From: Octopus vulgaris
Lineage: Eukaryota
Assembly (NCBI GenBank): GCA_951406725.2
Contig: OX597821.1
Location: 20,460,001 to 20,524,000, forward strand
DNA: 64,000 nt
Direction: 5' to 3'
The translations under genes and the position numbers were made by a program. Below, one piece after another: positions 1 through 15,490 of this stretch. The notes beneath the pieces are model-generated. The model was not told the DNA's origin, ran no database searches, and worked only from the letters and a program-made list of their open reading frames with translations. The number at the start of each line of letters is the position of its first letter. The stretch's first letter is position 1.

Positions 1-319
1 GGCTATCAACACAGACTAAACGTACTCTCGACTTTCTCTACCCTCAACCTCCTCCTGTCGATCCGAGTTTTGACTTTAAGAGTCCCTCCTAGCGTATGGC
101 ATTTATGTATAATAATGCCCTCTATATAATATAAAGAAATAGACTTAAGGGGAAAAATTTGATAGTTTTTTTCTCTTATGGGATTTTTCACGCTCTACTT
201 GATAAATTCTTATGAAGATTTTATCCTATTTTTGAATTGTAAATATATACACACATATATATATATACGCATATATAGTTAAATTTTATACACACACACA
301 CAAAAACACACATCTGTAT

Positions 320-387
<68 letters not shown>

Positions 388-2229
388 AAACACTCTTTAT
401 AATCCACCTATGTCTGCTTAAGTATTGGTAGCATATGGTGATGTATTATATTGTTTGCATTGTTGTCACTTGGGCCCCCAGTAAATAATTCTTCTTCTTC
501 TTTATTATTGCTATTGTTTTTGTTGTTGTTGTTTTTGCTGTTGTTGTCGATGTTGTTGTTCTTGTTATTCACACTTTATATTTGTTGCTGTTATATATTT
601 TTTCTTCGTAGTTCTTGATTATATTTAATTTTCTTTTCGTTCTATATGATATATCTGTTTTAAGAGAAACAAACATATTGTAGGCATACTGGCATCTAGA
701 CTTGTTAAATGGGAAGTTTCACCTATGAATAATTCATCGGTAGTTAAATTATTGATGAAAAAGAAAACATAAGTAGAAACAAACTGAACATCGACATCAA
801 ATAAAAGAGAAACTGGAGATTCAAAGTAATTCGTGCCGCAAATAAATAACTTAAAATGAAAACACACGAAAGTAGTACAACAAAAGAAAATTAACCAAAA
901 TACGATATATATAAGTGGCAATTTCTGTCTGTCTGTTGCCATCTTAGTGCCTAAACCAGCGAACCAATATTCATGAAATTTTGCATATATGTTACACTAA
1001 TACATACCCAGCCCAATAATAGGTTAATTGGAAGTCTATATAAATCTTTACTGTATTCTCCACGAGCGTAGAACTAATCATATGAAAAAATGAGGAGGTT
1101 CAAAACGTATTAGAGGAATAGGTAATAGCAGAGTGAGGGTGACTCATATCAGTGATGTGCAGAGAAGTGGTGGCAATGGGATGTTGACATTAATAGAGCT
1201 GCCATATACACGTGACGTTGCATAATACTTTTGTAAATTCATAGATACAACATAGAAACAAAGAAACCCCCACACACACACTCACGCACACACGGACACA
1301 AATACGCATACACACACAAAGGTGTGTTTGAGGAGTACGTAGCTTTAAGGAGACAGGAAGTAGGTGGCTTTTCTGCTGTCCGTCGCAAAGAACCACTCCC
1401 ACACAGACGCACATGCATACATAAATGTACATTAGTACAAACATGCATATGTCTACTATAACAATTTTAAACTCGTGATTACTTGAGTGTACGCTTCTGA
1501 ATTTGTGTGTGTGTGTGTGACGTCTGATTCTATATTTTGTGTATATTTCGTGGGGTCTTCCCTGTTACTGTTTCATATTGCGAGATTTTAAAATTATGTT
1601 AAAAATTACAAATTTTGTTTATTGAAATAATTTTCCACGTTACATTGGCTTTTGTTAATCATTTGTTTCTAACATCCAGTTGAAGTATAGGCGAATTGAA
1701 TCTCAGTAAAAATCTATAATGGGCACCCTGGAGCGGTGGGATGTAACACGTTTAAAAATCATCTACGATAAGCTACGACACGCAACAACGCCAGCTACAA
1801 TACGCGGAATATTTCTCAATGTATTTGTAAATCTATCTATTTAATTTCGAATAGTCTGTAATAGCAATAAACTATTACCATAAACGACGGGTTGGGTATA
1901 ATACGGGAACTGAACAGGAAACCTGATAGAACATGGAACAGTATAATGGTAAACGGGAAGTGGGGATAATTCGCGCTTTCTCGGTGTTTTTTCTCGGAAA
2001 AAAATCGCAGCGCAAATCGTAATAGATACTGTACATCACTTGAGCTTCACTCGTATTTCGCAAAGCCGAAATTTTCTGGTTGAAATATTTCTGTGTGATA
2101 ATGAAGTTGATAATATAAACCCATGACAAATATCACAACGTATAACGTAAAGAAAACCAGAGACCTTACTGAAAACATGAAAGTCTTGCGACTGTAATAA
2201 ATCACTACTTATCTTTAATTTTAGCATAA

Positions 2230-2682
2230 GGCTAGCAATTTCAGGGGAAGGTTAAGTTGTGTACAATGACCCTGGTATTTTACTGGTACTTACTTTATCG
2301 ACTCTCGAAATTATGAAATACAAAGTAATTGTAGGTGTAAGTCCATTATATTGATCCCAGTGTCCCAGTGGTACTATTTTACTGACCATGAAATGAGAAA
2401 AGTCAAAACGACCTCGGGGGATTTGAACTCAAAACGTAAGGATAGACGAAATGCCAATTTCTTTACTACCCACAAGGGGCTAAACATAGAGGGGACAAAC
2501 AAGGACAGACAAAGGGATTAAGTCGATTACAGCGACCCCAGTGCGTAACTGGTGCTTATTTAATCGACCCTGAATGGATGAAAGTCAAAGTCAACCTCGG
2601 CGGAATTTGAACTCAGAACGTAGCGGCAGACGAAATACCGCTAAGCTTTTTACCCGGCTAAAGATTCTACCAACTCCCCACC
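2230..2682 (-). mobile_element. Cluster of SINE family B copies (one full copy 2457-2682 plus two partial copies)
   Basis: Shared gagttcaaattccgccgaggt.gacttt..ctttcatcc.ttc.gggtcga motif; the central domain resembles the Meta/MESC SINE domain (inference). Confidence 0.85.
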
Positions 2683-3372
2683 GTACACTTATCTCTGCTA
2701 TTGACACTAATTAAGGACATTTATCAATACTCCAAATCATACTTTCATTAAGAAATAATTTTCTCAGTAAAAAAGGGAATCGTTCTAGAAAACGGTTCAT
2801 GTAAAAACTAGTTAATCAAAAATTAGACAATAATAGCAATCTACGGGCACAAAAAATATCCTATTTCATCGGTAGAATATAGATAGGTATATAATTATTT
2901 ACCACCTTCCTGTATCCTTGACTCAATGGGAATCAGCTGTAATCACAGGATTCAGGAAAAAGTTGCACTTCAAACGGAAGTTATGAATGGTAATGTTATA
3001 AAATCTATCATATGAAAACTGTAATTTCTTTTGTGTCCGGATTGTCTGGGCATGATCTGCAGGGCTAAAAGTACTTACAATGATAGAACTTTGTACAAGT
3101 GACGTGACATAACGTTATATGGTAAGAGGGATACACAGGTTGGAAAAAACTCTATAGCCAAGATAAGTAGTACGGAGTTTCGAAATGGAAAAAAGCCTCG
3201 GTACCATTTTTAAGAAGTGCCTATTTGCCCAAGGTGCAAAATACTGACAGATTTAAGTGCTTCATGAGTATTACACATCTAGGAAACGAGGTGTAACATG
3301 ATCTTTGTCTCTTTGTCTATTTCGTTCTTTCTTTAATTCTCTCTTCCTTTCTTTTCCTGTCTCAATAATATA

Positions 3373-4594
3373 CGAAGTCTGATCAATAAGTATCCGGACT
3401 GGTGCTATAAAAACAAAACTACAATTCGTACTAAATTGGCATTTAATCACCTTCAAATTAGTCGCCTTCAGAAGATACACGCCTGATCCAGCGTTGTTTC
3501 CATTGACGGAAGCATTCCTGGAGCACGTTTTCTGGGATAATCAGCAGCTGCCTCATCGTATTCACCTCGATTTCCAAGACGTTCTGAAATCTTCCTTTCA
3601 AGCGCGATTTAAAATTTGGAAAGAGGAAAAAGTCGCAAGGAGCAAGATCTGCGGAAAACGGTAGCTGTCAGATCTCGCGAATGCCCTTCCTAGCTAAAGT
3701 CTGCTGCACAAGCTACGTGGAATGCGCAGGTACGTTGTCAGATGCATGCAACTATGGACTTTTCCGATGAATAGCATGCCGTAAACGCCGCAAAGCATTA
3801 TGATAGTATCCTTGTTTGGACGTGGACCATACTGATAATGAACAATCCCCTTGTAGTCGAAGAAAACGGTCAACAGTGCCTTCACATTGCTTCCTCTCAT
3901 GAATGGTTAGGGTCTTCCACTGCAAAAACTGAGCCTTTTTTCGGGGATAAAGCCATAGACCCACGAACATCACCCGTCATGACCGTTTTCAAAAAGTTTT
4001 CATTGTTCGTTACACAATCAAAGAAAACTTGTACAGCTGAAACCCGAGTCTTTTTCTCATCAGCTGAAAGCAGTTTTGGCAGAAACTTGGCAGACACGCG
4101 TCTCATACTCAAATCTGATGATGGACTGAATTAAACCTAACTAATCTGCACATCCTTTGTACAGATTAGTTACGGATGGTGATTCGACGATTTCCCCTCA
4201 CAACTGCCCGTACTTTGCGATGATTTTCTCAGTTCTGCTGGTCTCGTGTCTCCCAGAGAGTTGGTCACTAACGACATTTTTTAGGCCATCTTAGAAACGT
4301 TCGAATCACTCGTATACTTGCATGCGGCTCATACGCTCCTCTCCATACACTTTCTGCAAATTTGCGTAGGCCTCTGAGTAGGTATTGCCAAGCTTTTGGC
4401 AAACTTTGATGCAGATTCTCTGCTCAACTTTCTCTGTCATGCTCAATGCGACAATCGCACGCTACACACGTTCCTTTCAAGCACTGCTGTAAACAGCGGA
4501 AGTGAGCGAGAACATCTGTGCCAAGCAGCTTTTTTCTCCATGCTTTAGCTTCGTTACTATGGCAAGAGTCCGGATACTTATTGATCAGATCACG
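3373..4594 (-). mobile_element. Full-length degenerate mariner (Tc1/mariner) DNA transposon
   Basis: 28-bp TIRs cgaagtctgatcaataagtatccggact (3373-3400) / agtccggatacttattgatcagatcacg (4567-4594), TA at the left end, about 1.2 kb long, transposase fragments inside. Confidence 0.93.
3458..4440 (-). pseudogene. Frameshifted mariner transposase
   Basis: Starts MTEKVEQRICIKVCQKLG at 4440. Fragments RRVSAKFLPKLL (WVPxxL-like linker), FLKTVMTGD (first catalytic D) and SNVKALLTVFFDYKGIVHY; ends ...EGD* at 3458. Several frameshifts and deletions. Confidence 0.9.
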
Positions 4595-4944
4595 CGCGCG
4601 CGCGCGCACACACACTCATGGATGTATGCATTCGCATATATATTTATATATGTGCATGCAACGTACATCGACATATGTATATATACATATATATATATAT
4701 GATTTGAGAAAGAATATGATTAATCAGAACTTCTCTCACACGGTTAAGGTTTGCCCTTAGACGTGACCAAGAGGAACTTGAGACAAAAGATAAAAATATA
4801 TAATATGAAGAAACGTATGACCAGGTAATCTATTTCATAATCGTGATTTAAAGAACAATTATACACATGATACATTAAATATATAAATACACAGACAGTT
4901 TTTTGAAATCTATATTAATAATATATGTAAGATAATAATTTTTT

Positions 4945-5467
4945 TTAGATGTAGACGCGATATATTAAAACATACATGCATACGTAAATATATTCAAGTA
5001 GGTCTGAAGTAGTGTTGAAAGCGAAATAAAAGATGGAAAGAATTACAAGTCATGATAGTTGATGTTAATTGCCGGCAAAACTAAAGGGGATGTAGTACGT
5101 ATTATTTAACAAATCCTCCTTCTTCAAGATAATAGGTTTTACATTTGGAAGTTTACAATGACAAGTACCAGAGATTAGGTTTGCTTATAGATAAGAGGCA
5201 TGGGTGGGGGAAGAAAGTGAATTAAATATGTTCCAATAAATTATTCATAACAAAGAATAAAAGATAAATTAAAATTTATCTTAGTTCAGTTCTAATCAGA
5301 GTCGCTAAAGTGTGGATATACTTAGCAAGCATAGTAACTGTTTTATAGTTAGGATTATTAAAGGAATTGATATGAGTTCGATATTATCACTTTCGTCACT
5401 ACTTCAGACCTTCTTCAATATATTTACGTATACATGTATGTTTTAATATATTTATGTCTACATCTAA
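4945..5467. repeat. Foldback/MITE-like element with about 80-bp inverted arms
   Basis: 4945-5024 is the reverse complement of 5387-5467 with few mismatches; spacer about 360 bp. Confidence 0.8.
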
Positions 5468-6406
5468 TTGTTTATAAATATATTATCGTACGTATATATT
5501 TTTAACATATTTATTTATAGATTATTAAAAAATATCTATGTATTAATATGTTTTAATGCGTCATATATATACTTGTTTTTTAAACTCATCTGAAATGTTT
5601 ATTGATTAAATTACCTAGTCTTACGTTTCTTCATATTACATACATAAATACATACATACCAGTGAGTGGACAAAAGTACGAGCTTAATAAATTTGACTTA
5701 GTTCAGCGTGATTTTAAAGTTGCATATCAGATGTTAGTAGCAGATTTTATAACTCCACCCATCCACGCACTCTATTTCTCTCTCACACACACGCACATAT
5801 ACATACATGTACACACAAGTAAACATTGTATTTGCGTATGTATGTGTGCATATTGGAAAAGTACAACGAAAGAGATTTAGAAGAAAACAATATATTGATA
5901 TAAACAAAACAAGAATGCGTATCAGATACAAAAGGCAAAATATATTATTTGACCGTATCACAAAATCCGAAATATTTCCATTTCTTTTCAACGATGCCAA
6001 ATTTTCTGAATGGTTTAACGCTCAATAAAATATCATTAATCGGTTGGAAATCGGTTGAATGTAAAGCATTAATTAAAGAAAATATATAATTTCGAACGGA
6101 TCGAATGTGCACTTTATGAACGTGAAATATGGCTGTGTGTTAAGAAGCTTGATTCCCAACTTGATAGAATAAGTACTTGGCTTAAAATCCTCCAAGGTGG
6201 CGCTCCAAGTGACTGAAAGAAAGATACAAATAACAGAACTAAACCCCCTCATAGACCCAGCAAAAAAATTGCTTCGAGGAACATACAATATGACTAGGCT
6301 GAATAGATAAGAGCAAAGGGAAATAAGTTGGGTTGTTCGAGAATGAACCCGCCAGCTTATGATCATGTGACCGGCGCACTTAATACTAGGAGATGCATGT
6401 AAATAC

Positions 6407-7346
<940 letters not shown>

Positions 7347-7455
7347 ATATATATATTGTATGTGTCTTCATTTATTGGGTAAACTGACAAAATGACCATT
7401 CCTAAATACAACAATATCTGTTTCAACACACGATTTCACATAAAAACTTTTGCAG

Positions 7456-7504
<49 letters not shown>

Positions 7505-8514
7505 AAAACGGAACCTGAAATTCGTTTGAATCTAGAGTCTATAGACAGCGGTACAATAGGTGCAGTGAGTGTACTCAAGTACCTATTTGGCCTTAAATAC
7601 ACGACAACGTTATCACGTTATCACCGACCAGACCTTGGTGGTTTACTATGATTCTCTTGAATGTTGGAAATGTTATATATATATATATATATGTGTATAT
7701 ATATGAGACAAAGTAACTGGGTGACACATGGAAGTGAAGTATAAAATTCACTCATAGAGAAAAACATACAGAGAAGAAATGGAGGAGAAAAGAAGAAAAA
7801 GTAGGATAAAAGAAGAAATGAAAAAGAAGCGAGGAGAGGAGGAGGAGAAGAAAAGAGATAAATAGACTTAGATAGAAAGAGAGAGAGAGAGAGAGAGAGA
7901 GATGTAGAGAGACATGATGTATGTGTATAATATATTGGTAAATGTTGGTAAATCACGATAAAACTAACAGACAGAAATAAAACAGAATTTCCAAAGAAAT
8001 CTGCAATATTTTGGTAAAAATCAGTGCCATTGCCAATCATGTAGAAAATCAATGGTAATTATTTCCAAAGACATAAAGAAGTTGCACAAATTATGTGTGG
8101 TCTTAAGAATGGAGCCAAATCAATTAGGCGTTTAGGGTCAATCAAACTGGCTTATCACTACTTCCGTTCGTTGATGCGCCAAACTGTATAGAATTATTGA
8201 CTTCGTTCAAATACCTCATGCGCAGAAAGACTCTGGAAATTTTCTGATTAGACAGAATATTATTGGAGACAGAAAGAGGTTACAGGGTTTTATTCATTTG
8301 TCATACTTTCAATTTTTTCTATTCCACAACTTAGGAAATGCAGTTTCGACCTGGGTGAAAATAAGATTAACTAGGACTTACATAGAACGTAAATATATCA
8401 TAAATTGTATAACAAACAAGGTACGCGATGCCGGTAAACACGCATCAAGTACAAATTTACAGAGAAAGCCGTCATTCGCATGTGACTATGACTTTGTAGC
8501 ATAGATGCTTATAT

Positions 8515-8693
8515 GGCGCAGGTGTAGCTGTGTAATAAGAAGCTTGCTTCTCAACCAAATGGTTCCAGGTTCAATCCCTATCTGTGGCACCTAAGGCATG
8601 TGTCTTGCAATATAGCCACAGGCCAACCAAAGTCTCGTGAGTGGATTTGGTAGACGGAAGTCAAAGAAGCCCATCGTTTATATATATATATAT

Positions 8694-8728
<35 letters not shown>

Positions 8729-8733
8729 TAGAC

Positions 8734-8802
<69 letters not shown>

Positions 8803-9010
8803 CATATACACACATATATATGTACACATATGTGTGTTTCTTTGTGTTTGTGTTTGCAACCCCGCAGTCTATCACCGCTTGTCAAATGATGTTGGGGTTA
8901 TTACATCCCTGTAACTTAGCGGTTCGGCATAAGATTTGATAGAATAAGTACTAGGCTCAAAATCCTCCGAGGCGGCGCTCCAGCATGGATGCAACCAAAT
9001 GTCTGAAAGA
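8515..9010 (+). mobile_element. tRNA-derived SINE, family A
   Basis: Head ggcgcagg..gctgtg..ggttc (A/B-box-like), internal microsatellite and tail gctccagcatgg..ctgaaa; homologous to several other copies in the window. Confidence 0.88.
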
Positions 9011-9296
9011 AGGGGACAAATAACAGAACTGTTGCGAGGTGACATAAACCCCCTCATAGCCGCAGCCAAATAATGACTTCGGAGAACTTACAATATGACT
9101 AGCTGAGTAGATAAGAGCAAAGCGAAATAAGTTGGGCTGTTCAAGAATGAACCCACCAGCTTATGATTATGTGAACGGCGCACTTAGCACTAGGAGATGC
9201 ATGCAAGTACTTGTAATGTCACATATACATTTTCAACGAGTTTCACCTAAGAGTTAGTAGACATTTAATATTTAAAATGCAGAATACTTATTCGAC

Positions 9297-9699
9297 GGGT
9301 CTGGCAGCGGTCGTGGTAACATAAAATTTTTTTCTCTGCCCCAAGGCACATTCCTAACACGCCAGCTGAGTTTAATATGTCTCAGTCGAAAGACGTCTGT
9401 TGTGATGACCTGTTATTGTTATTATTATTATTATTGGTTTTACGTATTATTTTTGTATTCATATTCATGTAACATCGTCTGTTTTCCGTCCCCGTTTCAT
9501 ATACATTCGAAGCCTTTTTCCAAGGAATCCAATGCGTTTAGCTTAGTTTTTCCTTGGAGCTTGACAGATTGGAGAAATCTCAATATTAATCAGCCGAAAT
9601 TGCGAGGATGATCCGGTTCTTGACTGAAGATTGAAGACTTCGAATGCCCCGTCCGTTTTTTGTATCGTCTTCCAAATGTTATGCATTCTTGTCCCAGTT

Positions 9700-9701
<2 letters not shown>
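9297..9701 (+). mobile_element. Unclassified non-coding interspersed element ending in (TA)n (copy 1)
   Basis: Colinear similarity to the reverse complement of 16891-17240 (gtcgaaagac, ttttccttgg, cttgactgaaga, ttcttgtccca blocks). Confidence 0.75.
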
Positions 9702-9742
<41 letters not shown>

Positions 9743-10303
9743 ACAGGATGAATGTCAAATATCATTAACGGATAAATATTACATTTGCCATGAGATATAT
9801 TTCGTAAAATTTCCTCCATTTTTAATTACCTTCTATTAGCATCTAATGGACTTTAAAATAAACTGGAGCCAATAAAGTATTTTATATTAAAACAGCAAAT
9901 ACAGAAATAGGGAGATAATTTTCCATAATCATTCTTATATAGTAACAAAGAATTTAAGAATATATAAGGTACCTCTTTGTTAATGACTCTCTTTGTTACG
10001 AATATACATATGTTTCGTCCTTTAGAAGCGTCTATAAAACAAGCTATTGTTCTTTATATAATTTAAGCTAAAAACATTTCCAAAATTAACCAAACACATT
10101 GGAACACTTGCAAAGCAACAACCGGAATTCCACTGTGGAAACATACCAAAGTGTTCTATATTTGGAAAAGTCCTATCAAAGAATTAGCGGGAAAGCAGTA
10201 GATGGTAGTAAAATAATATAGAAAGGACTGGAAGTAAAAGGGAAAAACACATCAAATAGACACATATGTCTATGTCGCCACAGACGCAAGCTTTATACAT
10301 ATT

Positions 10304-10343
<40 letters not shown>

Positions 10344-10482
10344 TCGCGCGCGCACATATATATATATATATATATATGCTTGTGTATGCAAATATGCAAA
10401 TACATAAAGAAATAACAGTATGTATAAATATATATCTGGATATATATGTATGTATATATATGTGTGTGGGGATGTATGTATA

Positions 10483-10561
<79 letters not shown>

Positions 10562-12484
10562 GGATGTGAATCTCTATTTCTATCTCTCTAAGCAATGCAC
10601 GTGTTATATTGATATAGTAACGACTCTGACCAGTAAGAAAACTGAAAAGTAGATTGTACACTCCCCACTTACGTGTAAGGAGATTTTAAATTTCATCCTC
10701 TGAACTCAACAATTTCCTTGATCTATTTTAATTACCGCTGAATATTCATGTATGAAAAAGAAAAGCCAAACCGTCATGAAATGACTGCCATCACAAACTT
10801 ATACCTGAATAGGAATAGATATGTCCTTTACTGGAGCCGAGCATCATCACCGTCAAATGATGAAATATTAAGCGCATACTGCCTAAATTCAGCAACGGAA
10901 CTGATGGCCAATCTTAACGGCTGAAGAATAATTTGGGTATCACGAATAGAAATGGCAGAGATCTCTGGGCAGCAACCGAGCAAAACGATTGCGGATTGTC
11001 CTGTCGGTGTGTGGGCATGCGTGTGTGGCTATGTGTGAGTGCTTGTCTGTGTGCACGTGAGTGTATGTGTGTGTGAGTGTGTGTGCGCATGTATGTGTAA
11101 ATGTGCATGTGCGAATGTGTGTATATTTATACATAAATATTTATACGCACACATATAGATAGATATATATAGATAGATACATACATACATACATAAATAC
11201 ATACATTCATGAATATACATGCATATACACTCACCTATAAATGTACATAAACACACACACGTAAACAGACATGAGTGTGTAAGAGTAAATATATATATAT
11301 GTATATGTATGTATATATACATTACAGTATATGTGTTGTGAGGGTGTGTGATAGGTTGTGTGTGTATGTGTGTGTGTGTGTGCGTGTATGAACTCATCAT
11401 ATACATTGTAAATACGGAACATTGTTTTCATTCCTGATCAATCATTCAGGAAGGAAATTGGTCTGGAATTGTTCTGCTTGAAAGCTAATGTAAGCTAATC
11501 GAACTGGTTTCTTTGACATACGCATTGTTGCTGCTACAGTTGTTGTTCATTTTGTTACTGCATTTGCTTTCACTGCTATTTCAACTGGTATTGTTGTTGT
11601 TTCTGCTTCTCAGCCGGTGATGTTGTTGTTACTGTTGTGAATGGTTTATTGCTGTTGCTGCTGTCACTGTTACTGACCTTGTTGTTTTCGCTGTGGTTGT
11701 TATATAAAAGTACTTTGCTTATCCCATCTGTTTCATTTCGCTGCACACCGGTTGTCTGAACAAACCAACCCATTTCCTTTTGTAACATTTATAGAAGTTA
11801 ATTCACCTGACTCGTCTGTCTGTTGGACTAGAAAGATATTGATGATGATGGGAATGACGAGAAAAATAGACGATGCTAAACCTGCAAGCTGTTGTATTGT
11901 AAGTTCGCTTCGCGATTGTTGGATTATATTTCATTTGCTCTAGCATGTCGTTGAATGACACTGCATTTTATGGAAAGGAAAAGGAGTTTGAAATAGGTTC
12001 ACTCCCCCACCTCCTGCGGTGCTTCTCGTGGTGGAGCAACACACACCACATTTCAGGGAAATAACTTCCCTGGAAAGTTTCAAATTTAATCTACACTAAC
12101 GGAAGGAGGACACACGGAAGTTGTGACATACTTCATCCAGGCAGTAATAAGTGTCAGTAATAAGAGGTCAAAACAATAACATGGCGGGTGTTAGTTCTCT
12201 GAAGATTTTTCCTGCTGTCTTCTCAGCCCGTAACACGTTTCCGCTTACTGTGAGGAGTATTAAGTGCAATATTCAAATTATGAGTTGATTACAATTGGAG
12301 GATTAAATATTGTAAATGCATAAATAAGAATTTTAAAAAACCACGTCATTTTCTTGCATGTATAATTCACATTGAATTACACGGAATCTGTGTGACATTG
12401 TGCTTCTCGTTTTATGAGATTAGTGGTGATCTGTTGAGCCAAATAGCTGAATACTTCATAATAGTAACCACAGGGTTGATCCAC

Positions 12485-12700
12485 AGGGCAGCGTTCTAGC
12501 AGAATAGTTAGTACGCCGGAAAAAAATGTTTATCAGCATTTCCTCCGTCCTTACGTTCCGTGTTCGACGATGTCGACATTGACTTCCATCCTTTCCGGGT
12601 GGATAAAATAAGTACCAGTTAAGCTCCGGGGTTGATGTAATCGATTTATAACCGCCCTCGATATTACTGGTCATGTGCCAAAATTTGAAACGAATATTTT
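12485..12700 (+). mobile_element. SINE family B, diverged
   Basis: agcagaatagttagtacgccgg head; ttccatcctttccgggtggataaaataagtaccag core. Confidence 0.8.
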
Positions 12701-13399
12701 GTTCACTCACATCTTGATTCTAACTCTGATGAAGTTTAATTGGCGTTGCTCCTTCAATTTCCTGTCTCGTTTTCCGCCACATCATAGACAATCCATATAA
12801 ACCTTTCGCCTGTGATGCTGGGATCGAGTTTTCTCAAAAGTATATCATTTATGTAGATCTGTCTCCTCTGATATGACCACCTATCCACCCTGCCAAAAAC
12901 GCAGCATTACTAAACATATTTCTTCCTCAGATACCAACAAAATAAGTGTGACCAGCTAATTCACAATTCATTCGTCATTTATAATACTGAAATACCACCT
13001 TCCGAATATCTCACCACCGGCCCTCCGTTATTTACTTCATTGTTCCATACTACTGAGCAGTTATTCTGATGACTGTTCATATTAATTACACTAAAAATGC
13101 CAACACCTGTGAACTGGTACAGAAAACACCAAATGGAAAGATAACTATATACAGAACACCTTTTAAACAACAGAAGCGACAACGTCAGGTTGTCTTTATA
13201 TTTAGATTGCTCTGCCAATTAGCCAGCCTAGCCTTAACCCATTTCGTTTTTTTTTTGGTTCAGTTTACTTTGCACAACAGATTTTCCCCCACATTCGAAT
13301 TTTGCACTGTAATTCATTTTCCGGCTACATGCAATCTAATTCTTCATCAAAATGGGGCTTTTCTCTAATAATATCCAGTTACATATACGCACAGAGATA

Positions 13400-14676
13400 A
13401 CAGGTTGAGTAAAAAGTAAGCAACGTTTTGAAACCTGAAAGTAATCACAATATATTTTAACAATGCAAACATTTTATTCATCGAACTAAGTACCATTGCA
13501 ATCAACACATTTTTGCGAACGAGTTACAACTTTGTTTATTCCGGTAACATAAAAATCAGGAGTTCTAGAGATGATGAACTCTTTGAACACACCTTTAGCA
13601 TCGGTTTGATTTTTGAACTCCTTTTTAGGCAGGAAATCATGAAGGTGCTTGAAAAGGTGGTAGTCAATAGGAGAAAGGTTTGGGGAGTAAGCTGGGCGGG
13701 GAAGAACTTTGTATCGAGGTTCCCTCAACTTCTAGACCGTCATTAGTGAAACGTGTGGTCGAGTATAATCATAAAGAATGATTGGCCCTCTTCTATTGAC
13801 CAGTCTGGGACGGAGGAGCAACAGTTTTTCATGCATTTTGGCAATTTCATGGTAATGTTTCTGCAGTAATGGTTTTTCCGGGTCCGAAGACATTGGATGT
13901 GTTCAGCAGTACACCATGAAACAGTCACCCCGTAACCTTCTTTTTGGAAAACTTGGGTTTAGAGAAGGTTTTCGGTGCTTCATTTTGGTCTAACCATTAC
14001 GAAGAACTATTTTCATTATTGTACAGAATCCACTTTTCATCGCAAGTTACAATGTGGTCGAAAAAAGAATCGTTCTGGTTACGGAGAAGTGAAGAGCGAA
14101 TTTCATATCTACGCATTTTCTGATTTTCATCCAAATCGTGTGGTATCAATTTGTCGAGCTGCTTTGATTTTTCAATCGCATGTAAATGGTTGCAGGCAGT
14201 TTTGTGACTAACCTGAAGTTCTTTTGCCAATTTTCGAGTGGTTTTATGAGGAACTTTCTGAATGACGGTCTTTAATTAACCGTCATCAATAAGAGGTGAG
14301 CGTCCACTACGCTTAAAATCTTCAAGCCTCTGGTCTCCACTGCGAAATCTTTTAAAGCATTTTCGAGCTGACTACTCACTGGTAATTTCCTCACCAAACG
14401 TTTTGTTGATATTGTGAGTAGTTCCAGTTGCTCTACGTCCATTTGTTTGGAGTTGAATAGCAAAATTGCTCGAATATAGCGCTTTGATTGTTCCATTTCA
14501 GATTCTTGTAACAACGGTGAAAAAAAATAATAATGTTGATTAATTTATGTATTTGGGCAAGTCTATGTCTGTATCATGAGATAATTTCCAAAAAATGTTG
14601 AAAAATTCAAAACTCAGCAATAATCTTGTACTAATTCCTCATGGTTCAAAACCTCGCTTATTTTTATTCAACCTGA
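13400..14676 (-). mobile_element. Full-length degenerate mariner transposon (second family)
   Basis: Imperfect TIRs acaggttgagtaaaaagtaagcaacgttttgaa / ttcaaaacctcgcttatttttattcaacctga, flanked by TA on both sides, about 1.28 kb. Confidence 0.92.
13486..14496 (-). pseudogene. Frameshifted D,D34D-type mariner transposase
   Basis: Fragments MEQSKRYIRAILLF, LDKLIPHDL (WVPHEL-like), IVTCDEKWILYNN and VLPRPAYSPNLSPIDYHLFKHL (YSPDLAPxD motif). Confidence 0.92.
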
Positions 14677-14796
14677 TATATGATCATTGTTAAGCTAAAT
14701 CCTTCCATTCACCGCCATGCAAATTTTTCATCCATACACGCGCAATAATTAAGAAACACAATACGCGCACGCACAAACATACACTGACACACACTA

Positions 14797-14842
<46 letters not shown>

Positions 14843-15442
14843 ACGCATGCGCACACACAAACACACGCACACACATTCATCCAACTATACATGCACAAAA
14901 TTTTGCATAACAGCCAGAATAATAATCTGGATGCCAAATAGAGAGTTCCGGTTTATATTAGCCAATTAATTGCGTAATTAACACGCTAAAAGTAAATTTA
15001 ATGATCGGTTAAAATGTACAAAACACACATACACATATTTTTCCTGAGCTTTGTGTATAATACAAAGAAGAAATACTTAAGTGACAGAAAATCTGAATGA
15101 GATAATAGAAGACCAATATTGATTAGTGTATAAGAATGTTTACAATATATTTCGCAGAACGTGAGGGTTTAAACACGCACAAACACATATATAAACACAC
15201 AAAGACATAGGGTCACATACAAATTGACACATTTTGAGTTTAATTTTAATGTTATACTAAAAGTTAAGTTGTAGGATAAGTATAATCGTGATACGTGTAC
15301 GTATAAGTTGCTAATGTTTTTCTTTTGCAAATATGTGACACCGTTATTTTTAATTTGTTTTCTAACTAGTTAAGTGAGAATGTTATATTCTAAAGATATG
15401 TAGCTTCGAATAGTTTCCGCTAGATTCGTTAATGTATTGAAG

Positions 15443-15490
<48 letters not shown>

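Noticed and set aside
9623-9655. CTGAAGA in the two-copy element (also at about 17007)
   Set aside because: Followed by GAAT rather than GAAA, with no stem I or conserved stem II pairing.
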